Virus record (IMG/VR): IMGVR_UViG_3300009964_000024
Origin: a virus
DNA length: 35,441 nt
Strand: one strand, 5' to 3'
A program made the position numbers and the translations under genes. The notes under the pieces were generated by a model, which had not been told where the DNA came from, did no database searches, and saw only the letters and a list, made by a program, of their open reading frames with translations. Shown here piece after piece: positions 27,060 to 34,526 of this stretch; positions within the stretch are counted from its first letter, which is position 1; each line of letters opens with the position of its first letter.

Positions 27060-27569
27060 ATGCACGAACTACTGACGGCCGCCGTCACACCGCAGCCAAC
27101 GCCAGATAATGACGGAATTTTTTTGATTATAGACGTAATCGTCAAATTCTATCAGACAGGGATAGACGACCACTTGCCCGTTTTCGGGTTGTTGGTTCTG
27201 ATTGTCGCTGATATTCTTCTAGGCGTGGCGCGTGCTTGGGCACAGAACAGGTTCTCAAGCTCCAAGCTACGGAAGGGCGTTGTTAGTCATGTAACCGTGT
27301 TTCTTGCTGTCATGTTTTCGTATCCGTTCGCAGAGTACGCGGGACAGGCTGGGTTCGTCAACAGCTTCATCTTGGCAATGGTCGCAAGTTACGCAGCTTC
27401 GATTTTGAAAAATCTTTCCATGTTAGGCGTCAAGCTGCCATACCTTGAGAACTTCATCGAGCGCAACCTAGACCACGACAAGGAACTATTCCAGCAGGAC
27501 GGAGACGTTCGACACAAGGAGCCGAAGCAGGCGCCGAAGAAAAAGAAAGAAGGAGGAAAGAAGTCGTGA
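27060..27569 (+). CDS. Holin, Phage_holin_4-like (169 aa)
   Basis: Multiple TM helices (FLIIDVIVKF, VFGLLVLIVADILLGV, VTVFLAVMFSYPF, FILAMVASYAASIL) and a Lys-rich C-terminus. Confidence 0.75.
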   Translation: MHELLTAAVTPQPTPDNDGIFLIIDVIVKFYQTGIDDHLPVFGLLVLIVADILLGVARAWAQNRFSSSKLRKGVVSHVTVFLAVMFSYPFAEYAGQAGFVNSFILAMVASYAASILKNLSMLGVKLPYLENFIERNLDHDKELFQQDGDVRHKEPKQAPKKKKEGGKKS

Positions 27570-27784
27570 AGAATTTCCAACTATCAAACGAAGCCTATTC
27601 GCTTCTAAAATGGGGTACAGCAATCTTTTTGCCAGCACTCGCAACATTCGTCGGAACTATCGGGACAGCCCTTAATTGGGAGCATACGCAGCTTGCGCTT
27701 ATCATCTTGACCGCGTTTACAACCTTTATGGGTACGCTGCTAGGTATCACGTCCGCGAACTACAACGCAGGAAACAAGGAATAG
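27566..27784 (+). CDS. Second holin, Dp-1-family-like (72 aa, GTG start)
   Basis: GTG after AAGGAGGAAAG. Two TM helices. The sequence LSNEAYSLLKWGTAIFLPALATFVGTIG...GTLLGITSANYN resembles the Dp-1 holin. Confidence 0.65.
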   Translation: MKNFQLSNEAYSLLKWGTAIFLPALATFVGTIGTALNWEHTQLALIILTAFTTFMGTLLGITSANYNAGNKE

Positions 27785-27794
27785 GGGGGCGAAA

Positions 27795-28547
27795 ATGGTT
27801 AATACAGAACTAGCAATCTCCTTCATGGAAGGCCTAGAAGGCAACGTCAGCTACTCAATGGCACGCCGCGAAGGTCCTGGCTCCTACGATTGCTCTAGCG
27901 CGATTTACTACGCCCTACGAGCTGGCGGCGCGTCTCCTGCCGCTTGGACCGTCAACACAGAGACAGAACACGATTGGCTTATCGCGAACGGCTACTACTT
28001 GTTTGCCGAGAACGAAGATTGGGACATGCAACGCGGCGACGTTATCATCTGGGGGCCTAAAGGTCAATCACTCGGCGCTGGCGGTCATACCATGCTTGCA
28101 CTTGACGCGGACAACGTCATTCATTGCACATACGCAGCGAACGGCGTAACTCGCAACAACTACAACCAGCTTTACGGCTGGAACGCTGGCACAATGGGCG
28201 GCCCTTACGTCTACGTTTACCGTCAGAACGGAACAGCTCCCAGCAAAAGCGAGAGCGTACAGCAAGGAACGCCGCCAGAAGCGGCAGCGGGTACGCTCGA
28301 GCAGTTGGCAGGCGAGGTTATGGCTGGCAAGTACGGCAGCGGAGAGGAACGCAAAGCGGCTCTTGGTAGCAAGTACGCGGCAGTTCAGACGATTGTCAAC
28401 GAGAGACTAGAAGCGATTGACGCGTCAACATCTCACAATCGGCTAGCTGATGAAGTGCTGGCAGGACACCTCGGGAACGGGGACGAGCGCAGAGCAAACC
28501 TCGGCACCTACTACAATGCAGTTCAGAACATCGTCAACAGTCGATAG
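27795..28547 (+). CDS. Endolysin: N-terminal Amidase_5/NlpC-P60-like hydrolase plus two CW_7 cell-wall-binding repeats (250 aa)
   Basis: Catalytic-type SYDCSSAIYYAL...GGHTMLAL. The C-terminal repeats LAGEVMAGKYGSGEERKAALGSKYAAVQTIVNERL and LADEVLAGHLGNGDERRANLGTYYNAVQNIVNSR match the CW_7 pattern. Confidence 0.8.
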   Translation: MVNTELAISFMEGLEGNVSYSMARREGPGSYDCSSAIYYALRAGGASPAAWTVNTETEHDWLIANGYYLFAENEDWDMQRGDVIIWGPKGQSLGAGGHTMLALDADNVIHCTYAANGVTRNNYNQLYGWNAGTMGGPYVYVYRQNGTAPSKSESVQQGTPPEAAAGTLEQLAGEVMAGKYGSGEERKAALGSKYAAVQTIVNERLEAIDASTSHNRLADEVLAGHLGNGDERRANLGTYYNAVQNIVNSR

Positions 28548-28582
28548 GCTGCAAGCATAAATTTTCTTTTGAATAATACAAA

Positions 28583-28616
28583 AAGGCCGTGGATATTCTC
28601 CGCGGCTTGTTATTTT
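28583..28616 (+). terminator. Terminator after the endolysin gene
   Basis: Stem AAGGCCGTGG/CCGCGGCTT (one G-U pair, one bulge), loop atattct, then GTTATTTTA. Confidence 0.55.
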
Positions 28617-28762
28617 ATCCAGAATACCGTTTAAACGCAAAATAAACAGCCTATTTTCGTTTTTAGGACGTTCCGCGTCTTGTTATACCAGAGAACGAAA
28701 ACAAGGGCGTAAAACGCGTTTTATGGCATTTAAAATTCATCAAAGAAATTTCAAGAAAACTA

Positions 28763-28791
28763 TTGACAACTTCCGCGCGAAGTGCTAAACT
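28763..28791 (+). promoter_or_regulatory. Near-consensus promoter P1 with no ORF downstream
   Basis: TTGACA, 17-nt spacer, TAAACT, with TGn. A-rich upstream region. Confidence 0.65.
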
Positions 28792-28797
28792 ACAATT

Positions 28798-28877
28798 GTC
28801 CTGCTAAGGACTGATGAAACTTTTTCATAATAATCTCCATAATTACCCTGAAAGCTGGCCCTCCGCCAGCTTTTTTG
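28798..28877 (+). ncRNA. Candidate small RNA 1 (about 80 nt)
   Basis: Bounded by P1 and a perfect terminator (AAAGCTGGC, loop cctcc, GCCAGCTTT, then a T run to 28876). No credible ORF: the only ATG is 3 nt from the AAGGA and reads through the terminator. Confidence 0.5.
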
Positions 28878-28885
28878 TTGCCCTA

Positions 28886-28914
28886 TTGACGCACGCGCCG
28901 CTTTATGCTACAAT
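28886..28914 (+). promoter_or_regulatory. Near-consensus promoter P2 with no ORF downstream
   Basis: TTGACG, 17-nt spacer, TACAAT, with TGn. Confidence 0.65.
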
Positions 28915-28920
28915 GTAGGT

Positions 28921-29094
28921 GCGTAGGCTAAGGCGCAAATTTGGGTTCTCCTTATACCAAAATCAAAAACCAGCAATCACGTTTCATAGATAGACTTACC
29001 AACACTTAGCCAAAAGGTCGCGGTAGTTATTACCTCGCTATCGCGACTGTTTCCTTTCTGTATTCCTCCCGTTGGCCATGCGGGAGGTTTTTTA
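28921..29094 (+). ncRNA. Candidate small RNA 2 (about 175 nt)
   Basis: Bounded by P2 and a terminator (CCTCCCG, loop ttggccatg, CGGGAGG, then T6). Contains a 7-bp long-range pairing GGCTAAG (28926..28932) with CTTAGCC (29005..29011) and a 10-bp hairpin at 29017..29047. No ATG-initiated ORF. Confidence 0.5.
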
Positions 29095-29142
29095 TTGCAA
29101 AAAAGAAAGTTAAAAATAATTTAAAAAACTTCGCAAAAATGC

Positions 29143-29171
29143 TTGACAAAGAAAATTCAATGCGGTATAAT
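29143..29171 (+). promoter_or_regulatory. Consensus early promoter P3
   Basis: TTGACA, 17-nt spacer, TATAAT. Upstream A-rich cassette TAAAAATAATTTAAAAAAC. Confidence 0.75.
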
Positions 29172-29218
29172 TAAACCATAAATAATAAACAAGCCGAAAA
29201 ACGGCAGGAGGAAACAAC

Positions 29219-29581
29219 ATGAAACTACGGAAATTTACACATGCCGACGTTATGGCACGGGCGCACGAAATCGACGCGCCGACTTGGTCGCTAGCTCTAA
29301 AAGTTGCATGGAATGAAATCGAAGACCTTGAGCAATCATACTCCGACCGCGTCGCTGCCGTTCTGGACGCAACTAGAAACCACAAGAAGAAATACCGCGG
29401 ACGAAAGGAACTTTTAGGATATGTTAGCACAGTAACAGCTTTCAACGGCTTCGCTAAAGATTGGGAGAAAATCCACACCAACCTTTTCGCTTTCGACCTT
29501 GGCCGCGAGCGTCTGGAAGTCAACACATTCGACCACGGGAAATTCGTTTCTATTTTCAGCGTGAAAGTATTTAGCAAGTAA
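29219..29581 (+). CDS. Hypothetical early protein (120 aa)
   Basis: RBS AGGAGGAAA. First gene after P3. Confidence 0.75.
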   Translation: MKLRKFTHADVMARAHEIDAPTWSLALKVAWNEIEDLEQSYSDRVAAVLDATRNHKKKYRGRKELLGYVSTVTAFNGFAKDWEKIHTNLFAFDLGRERLEVNTFDHGKFVSIFSVKVFSK

Positions 29582-29598
29582 GGAAAAGAGGTAACAAC

Positions 29599-29871
29599 AT
29601 GAAAAAGCGCGAAATCATCGAACAAGTAAACAATGCGAACGCTTGGGAAAAGGACGGGCTGCTGCTCGACCTTCTGGAAGGCGACGGACGCCTTGAAAAG
29701 CATAACAGAATTAACACATACTGGCTTAACATTCAGGACGGCGTCCGCTTCTGCTATTACAGCGGCCAGCAGGCAGTCGTCGTATATCGCAACGAAGAAA
29801 CGCAGGACATCATCGACTTTAAGGTCCTATGTCAAGATAGCAAACTAAACCACAACGCAAACAAACGATAA
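29599..29871 (+). CDS. Hypothetical early protein (90 aa)
   Basis: RBS AAGAGG. Confidence 0.7.
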   Translation: MKKREIIEQVNNANAWEKDGLLLDLLEGDGRLEKHNRINTYWLNIQDGVRFCYYSGQQAVVVYRNEETQDIIDFKVLCQDSKLNHNANKR

Positions 29872-29884
29872 GGGAGGAAACAAC

Positions 29885-30190
29885 ATGGCAAAATATCAAA
29901 TCATCGAGAACAACCAAGGCAAAGAAACCACAATCGCAAGCGGTCTTGCGAACTTCCTAGAGGTTCGGGACGCGCTGGCGGTAAATGCCAATATCTTTGA
30001 TTGGCTGTTTGAAAACGACACACCAAGTTTTAGCTATCCAGATTTTGACGAATGCGAGACATTCGCAGAAGTCGGGGAGGTTTTGGAAGAAATCAATCTG
30101 GCTATGAGCTGGTGGAGTGTAGAAGTCGAGCGCGTAACGGACGGAGAACGGGAGAAACTAAACCCGCGTGACACGAAAGATTGGGAATAG
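29885..30190 (+). CDS. Hypothetical acidic early protein (101 aa)
   Basis: RBS GGGAGGAAA. Asp/Glu-rich. Confidence 0.7.
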   Translation: MAKYQIIENNQGKETTIASGLANFLEVRDALAVNANIFDWLFENDTPSFSYPDFDECETFAEVGEVLEEINLAMSWWSVEVERVTDGEREKLNPRDTKDWE

Positions 30191-30203
30191 AAAGAGGTAC
30201 ACG

Positions 30204-30467
30204 ATGAAACATTTTTACTTAACACTTACAGAAGACCTTCGAGAAGCAGCTCCGCTTCTCGATTGGCAAAAGGTGGCGACTGAAAAGGTCGCGGGGCGAA
30301 TTATCCGCAACGACGTAGACGGTCAAATCTACATGGCTACCTTTGCCGAGCATACAGGCACCAGACGCGGTTCGCAGCCTTGGGAGTGCGTTCGTACCTT
30401 CAAGTGCTACTGCGTACCCGTTGACGTCAAAGAGGAAACCCTCTTATCAGACGGAGGGCGCCGATGA
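30204..30467 (+). CDS. Hypothetical early protein (87 aa)
   Basis: I chose the ATG at 30204 with RBS AAAGAGG. The ORF-track start at 30168 overlaps the previous gene and has no RBS. Confidence 0.65.
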   Translation: MKHFYLTLTEDLREAAPLLDWQKVATEKVAGRIIRNDVDGQIYMATFAEHTGTRRGSQPWECVRTFKCYCVPVDVKEETLLSDGGRR

Positions 30468-30694
30468 AGAAAAAGAGCATACGCGACCTAAGACGTGAGC
30501 GACGCTTGTCGCAGATAACACTTGCGGACGAGCTGTCATTTCACAAAGTCACGATCCAGCGATGGGAATACGGCGCAGAGCCGCAAGAGGAAAACAAGAA
30601 GGTCATAGCCGAATACTTCGGCCTTGACATAGCGGATATATGCTGGACGCCTAGCTGGCGAAAGCTGAAAGAATTGGATGGTAGCCGTGGCTAA
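30464..30694 (+). CDS. XRE-family HTH protein (76 aa)
   Basis: HTH motif IRDLRRERRLSQITLADELSFHKVTIQRWEYGAEP. ATGA overlap with the upstream gene. Confidence 0.75.
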   Translation: MKKKSIRDLRRERRLSQITLADELSFHKVTIQRWEYGAEPQEENKKVIAEYFGLDIADICWTPSWRKLKELDGSRG

Positions 30695-31913
30695 GAAGGG
30701 AAAGAAATATTACTACCTAAAGCTGAAAGATGATTTTTTCGAGCGCGAGGAAATACAGATACTCGAAGCAATGCCAGACGGCTATCTGTACTGCAATATC
30801 TTGATGAAACTATATCTGCGCAGCCTAAAGAGCGACGGGCGGCTCATGTATCGCGGAGTGATACCATACACGCCCGAGGTACTGGCAACTCTCACGCGCC
30901 ACTCGGTCGGCGTCGTCAAGTCTGCCATTGACACTTTCCGCAATCTGGGTCTTTTGGAGGTGCTGGATAACGGGGCAATGTATATGCTGGACGTCGAGAA
31001 CTTCGTCGGTCAATCATCGAACGAAGCGGACCGCGTGCGGCTCTATCGTGCGAAGATACAGGCCGAAAAACTCACGCTGCAAGCCGAGCAGGAAACCGAC
31101 GAGCTGCCAGCTCCTAACTTGAATAAATTACCACTAGAAGAAGGGGGTGAAAATAGCGAGGGTGTACAAATGTACGACATTTGCAACAAAAAAAGCGACC
31201 ACTCGCAAACCGTTGAGCCGCAAGGTGTACAAGAGTTATCCACAGGCAAAGCGTACAAATGTACGACAGAGAATAGAGATAAGAGATTAGAGATTAGAGA
31301 TTATATTATAAATAATGTCGAGCAAGCTTCGACATCTGCTCCGACTTCGTCGAAGCGTCCCGCACCTCCATACGAGGAAATCATCGCTTATCTGAACCAA
31401 GTAGCGGGCAAATCATTTAGTCACAAGACCAAGGAAACGCAGCGACTGATAAAAGCACGCTGGAACGAGGGCTACACGCTAGAACAGTTTAAGACCGTGA
31501 TAGACGTTAAAAGCTCCCAATGGCTCCATAAGCCAGAAATGCTTGGCTACTTGCGGCCTATGACGCTATTCTCTACCAAGTTTGAAAGCTACTTGAACGA
31601 AGCAGCTCCGCGGCCAGCAGCTAACCAGCAGCAGCCTGCACAGACTAACGGCAATATGCCAGAATGGGCGGTAGAAGGTCGACGCAAGCAGGAAATCATC
31701 AAGAAGAATGAGCAGGCTATGACGCCAGAGCAGAGCCAGCGGCTAGAAAAGTACAGTCGCAGACTAAGCGAACTTATCCTGATGAAGCTAAACAGCGGCG
31801 CAGAGCTGACGCCAGAGCAGCAGCAGGAGCGCGCAGACATCAAGGAGCTTTTCCAATCGCTCGAGCGCGTGGACTTTTGGCAGACTGACATCGCAGCGAA
31901 AATGCTGAAATAA
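30678..31913 (+). CDS. Replisome organizer / DnaD-like replication protein (Phage_rep_org_N plus Phg_2220_C-like, 411 aa)
   Basis: N-terminus YYYLKLKDDFFEREEIQILEAMPDGYLYCNILMKLYL. C-terminus EEIIAYLNQVAGKSFSHKTKETQRLIKARWNEGYTLEQFKTVID...RPMTLFSTKFESYLNE. The start is uncertain (ATG 30678 or GTG 30687). Confidence 0.75.
   Translation: MVAVAKKGKKYYYLKLKDDFFEREEIQILEAMPDGYLYCNILMKLYLRSLKSDGRLMYRGVIPYTPEVLATLTRHSVGVVKSAIDTFRNLGLLEVLDNGAMYMLDVENFVGQSSNEADRVRLYRAKIQAEKLTLQAEQETDELPAPNLNKLPLEEGGENSEGVQMYDICNKKSDHSQTVEPQGVQELSTGKAYKCTTENRDKRLEIRDYIINNVEQASTSAPTSSKRPAPPYEEIIAYLNQVAGKSFSHKTKETQRLIKARWNEGYTLEQFKTVIDVKSSQWLHKPEMLGYLRPMTLFSTKFESYLNEAAPRPAANQQQPAQTNGNMPEWAVEGRRKQEIIKKNEQAMTPEQSQRLEKYSRRLSELILMKLNSGAELTPEQQQERADIKELFQSLERVDFWQTDIAAKMLK
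31164..31316 (+). repeat. Candidate origin of replication inside the organizer gene
   Basis: 16-bp direct repeat GTACAAATGTACGACA at 31164..31179 and 31253..31268. Four tandem 7-mers (TAGAGAT, AAGAGAT, TAGAGAT, TAGAGAT) at 31274..31301. AT-only tract TATATTATAAATAAT at 31302..31316. Confidence 0.5.
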
Positions 31914-31942
31914 AAATAATTTGAAAAAATATTAAAAAACTA

Positions 31943-31971
31943 TTGACAATCAAAATCAATCGAGTTATACT
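31943..31971 (+). promoter_or_regulatory. Early promoter P4
   Basis: TTGACA, 17-nt spacer, TATACT. Upstream cassette TAAAAATAATTTGAAAAAAT. Confidence 0.7.
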
Positions 31972-31998
31972 TGTATCATCAAGGAGAAAGGGGAACCA

Positions 31999-32244
31999 AT
32001 GACAGGAAACAAGAAGAAATGGACGCTTTACGGCCTACGCTCGAACTTCTGCCTAAAAGCAGAAGAAGTAGCGGAAGTGGTAGGGCTAGACAGACAAGGA
32101 GTTCTGCGATACGAGCGCAACGCTGGCACGATGAACAGCTACATGCGCGAGAAGTTCGCGAACTTCTACGGGGTACCAGAAGACCAGATAGTCTTCGGGG
32201 CTAAGGACGCGCTTCGGGCGGAAATGCTCGGGCGCATGGAGTAA
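31999..32244 (+). CDS. HTH protein (Cro/XRE-like, 81 aa)
   Basis: RBS AAGGAGAAAGGGG. HTH-like CLKAEEVAEVVGLDRQGVLRYERNAG. Confidence 0.65.
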   Translation: MTGNKKKWTLYGLRSNFCLKAEEVAEVVGLDRQGVLRYERNAGTMNSYMREKFANFYGVPEDQIVFGAKDALRAEMLGRME

Positions 32245-32308
32245 CGGGGGAGATTATGAAAGGACTTAGCAGGCTTTTTGTATGCAATCGAACCCGCGGA
32301 GGTATTGC

Positions 32309-32995
32309 ATGACTGAAAAATTGACATTCGACCAGCTGCAACGTAAAATGCAGCTGGGGAAGAAATTCAAGCAAGGTATATCGTTCTCGTATCGGAACGT
32401 CGAGGACATCACAACGCACTTTAAAGCGTTGAATAGCGGCTGGTCGCTTAAATTCACGGACGACCTTTTCGAGATAGGCGGGCGCGTGTTCCTGAAAGCA
32501 ACGGCACAGGCCAAACGCGACGAGGAAATCGAAGAAGCGACAGCTTTCGCAGAACTCGGCACAGTACCGAAGACCAGAAAAGGAGCGGACCAAATGCAGG
32601 TGCCGCAATGGTCGGGAGCTGTTTCGTCTTACGCCCGCAAGTATGCGGCGCAGGGATTGTTCGCAATGGGCGAGGAAGACGTCGACGCCTTTCAGTACGC
32701 AGAAGCGCCAGCGACGTTGACGCAAGAGCAGGTCATGAACCTAGCAAAACGAATTGACAACGTAGCCAAGGCAAGCGGCAGGGAACCGCGGCAGGTAGAA
32801 AGCGCGCTGCTCAAAGAGTTAGGAGCGCCTAGCTTAGACGCGGTATTCGCGACGAACTTCGACTGGTGCGTCGGACGGCTCGAGGAATGGCTCGCGCTAG
32901 CAATCCAGAAGCAGGCGCCAGCAGCAGAACAGGAACAGCAACCAGAAGGCCAGCAGGAAGCAGGCAGACAAGACTTTGACATTAACAACATTTAG
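32309..32995 (+). CDS. erf: ERF-family single-strand annealing protein (228 aa)
   Basis: ATG at 32309 with RBS GGAGG. The pattern SFSYRNVEDITTHFKALNSGW...GRVFLKATA...AVSSYARKYAAQGLF fits ERF. Confidence 0.7.
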   Translation: MTEKLTFDQLQRKMQLGKKFKQGISFSYRNVEDITTHFKALNSGWSLKFTDDLFEIGGRVFLKATAQAKRDEEIEEATAFAELGTVPKTRKGADQMQVPQWSGAVSSYARKYAAQGLFAMGEEDVDAFQYAEAPATLTQEQVMNLAKRIDNVAKASGREPRQVESALLKELGAPSLDAVFATNFDWCVGRLEEWLALAIQKQAPAAEQEQQPEGQQEAGRQDFDINNI

Positions 32996-33012
32996 CACAA
33001 GGAGAACCACAC

Positions 33013-34011
33013 ATGACAACAAAACAAGCAACAACAGCTGCGCTGGAACAAATCACAAACGCGGGAATTACAGTAAAACCCGCGGTAGTCACTCTAGGAC
33101 AGGGCGAAGCCTTTGCCGAAGCCGTGAAGGAAGTAGCGAGCTACTACGACGGCTACGTCGTCACAGCAGCGACCGTCAGCGACGACCGAAAAGTCTTGAC
33201 GAAGCTTAATAAATTCATTGAAGCGATTGAGCGCAAGCGCAAAGACGCACGCGCCGAGGTCCTAGCTCCGTATGACGATTTTAAGCGCGAGTATGACGCG
33301 GCCATGGCGCCCGTCATTGACACGCGAAACCAAATCAAAGAGCAGGTCAACGACTACGACGAGAACGTAAAGGCTACCCGTCTATCAGTCATCGCGAACG
33401 TGTTTAAACAGCTAGCAGAAGCTAGCAACCTAGACCCGAAGAACTTCGAGCAATACCACGCCGAGTTCCAGAACGTGGAGCATTTCAAGAAGAACAAGTT
33501 CGAGCTGACGACGAAAGCCATCGGACAAATTAACGAAATCTTTGACAAAGAGGTTGCGCGCCTTGAAGAAATCGCACAAGGTCGCGAGACAGTTCGCGCC
33601 ATGGCAGAAGGTAACGGCCTAATCGCTGCACCTTACCTAACTTTGTTTGACAACGGCCAGACGCTCCCGCAAGTCCTACAAGCTATCACGAACGACTACA
33701 AGTCCGCGCAGGCAGAGCGTGAAGCACAAGCAGCAAGAAAAGCTGCAGAGGTCGCACGTCTCGAGGAACTACGCGCCAAAGCAGAGCAGGAAGCTGCTGG
33801 AAGATATTCGGTGGTGGATAGCGAGACAGGCGAGGTCATGGAAGACGTACCAGCGGAACCAACACCAGATCCAATTCCAGAAGCATCGAAACAACCTGCC
33901 CGTCTTGTCTTAGATATGACATTCGAGGACGTCGGCCAAATTCGCGAGCTTAAAGCGTGGCTGGAAACAAACGGCGTCAAGTACGAGCAAAAGGAAGCGG
34001 TGCTGCTATGA
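33013..34011 (+). CDS. DUF1351-like protein (332 aa)
   Basis: Size, coiled-coil content and its position between erf and ssb are typical of DUF1351 in Firmicutes siphoviruses. Confidence 0.6.
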   Translation: MTTKQATTAALEQITNAGITVKPAVVTLGQGEAFAEAVKEVASYYDGYVVTAATVSDDRKVLTKLNKFIEAIERKRKDARAEVLAPYDDFKREYDAAMAPVIDTRNQIKEQVNDYDENVKATRLSVIANVFKQLAEASNLDPKNFEQYHAEFQNVEHFKKNKFELTTKAIGQINEIFDKEVARLEEIAQGRETVRAMAEGNGLIAAPYLTLFDNGQTLPQVLQAITNDYKSAQAEREAQAARKAAEVARLEELRAKAEQEAAGRYSVVDSETGEVMEDVPAEPTPDPIPEASKQPARLVLDMTFEDVGQIRELKAWLETNGVKYEQKEAVLL

Positions 34012-34526
34012 TGAAGTACGACGAAATCATCGAGAGGGCAAAAACCCTCCCGCCACGGGGCGGCAGCAAGTTTGACGCAGCTATGGACGTCATGCAAGAG
34101 ACAGCGAACTTTGTGTCGCTGGCACGCAAGGAAGCTAGCAAGGAGCAGCTAACGCAAGCCCTCGGCTCGCTGCTGGTGAGCATGGCGGTATCTGCTATCA
34201 CATACAGCACCAATCAGCGTATCGAGCAATGGCGGCCAACTGATAAGGACATCGTCCAAAATGCGCCGCTCGAGCTTGTCTATTGGCGACTTTTGAAGGT
34301 GAATAGTACCAGATACGGCGAACGTGTCCTCTTGCTTAACACGGTATGCCAAGAGAAGGGCGTCGACTTCCGCGAAGCCTTCGCTTACGGCTTAGGTCTG
34401 ACAGTAAAGCCAGAAAAGAAACCACTCTTGAAGCCGTGGCATAAGAAGGAGAAAGAGCCGCTGGCGAACAAGCTGAAAAAATTTAAAAAAAGTTTAACAA
34501 AACACTTGACAAGTTTTTTGGAATGA
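34008..34526 (+). CDS. Hypothetical protein (172 aa) with a Lys-rich C-terminus
   Basis: ATGATG at 34008 overlaps the upstream TGA. RBS AAGGAAG. The 3' end overlaps promoter P5. Confidence 0.65.
   Translation: MMKYDEIIERAKTLPPRGGSKFDAAMDVMQETANFVSLARKEASKEQLTQALGSLLVSMAVSAITYSTNQRIEQWRPTDKDIVQNAPLELVYWRLLKVNSTRYGERVLLLNTVCQEKGVDFREAFAYGLGLTVKPEKKPLLKPWHKKEKEPLANKLKKFKKSLTKHLTSFLE

Noticed and set aside
28682-28690. Minus-strand extended -10 (TGGTATAAC) that could drive an antisense RNA ending at the hairpin at 28583..28616
   Set aside because: There is no -35 element. On the minus strand the hairpin has a C-A mismatch in place of the G-U pair. The evidence is too weak to call without transcript data.
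28811-28877. CUGAUGA (28811..28817) and GAAA (28850..28853) followed by a hairpin, resembling the hammerhead ribozyme core
   Set aside because: The 32 nt between the two motifs cannot form stem II. The putative stem I would be only about 4 weak pairs (mostly G-U and A-U). The hairpin plus T run is better explained as an intrinsic terminator.
32256-32312. An 18-codon micro-ORF (MKGLSRLFVCNRTRGGIA) with a GGGGGAG RBS, upstream of and overlapping the erf start
   Set aside because: It is too short to support from sequence alone. It might be a translational-coupling leader, but I cannot distinguish that from chance.
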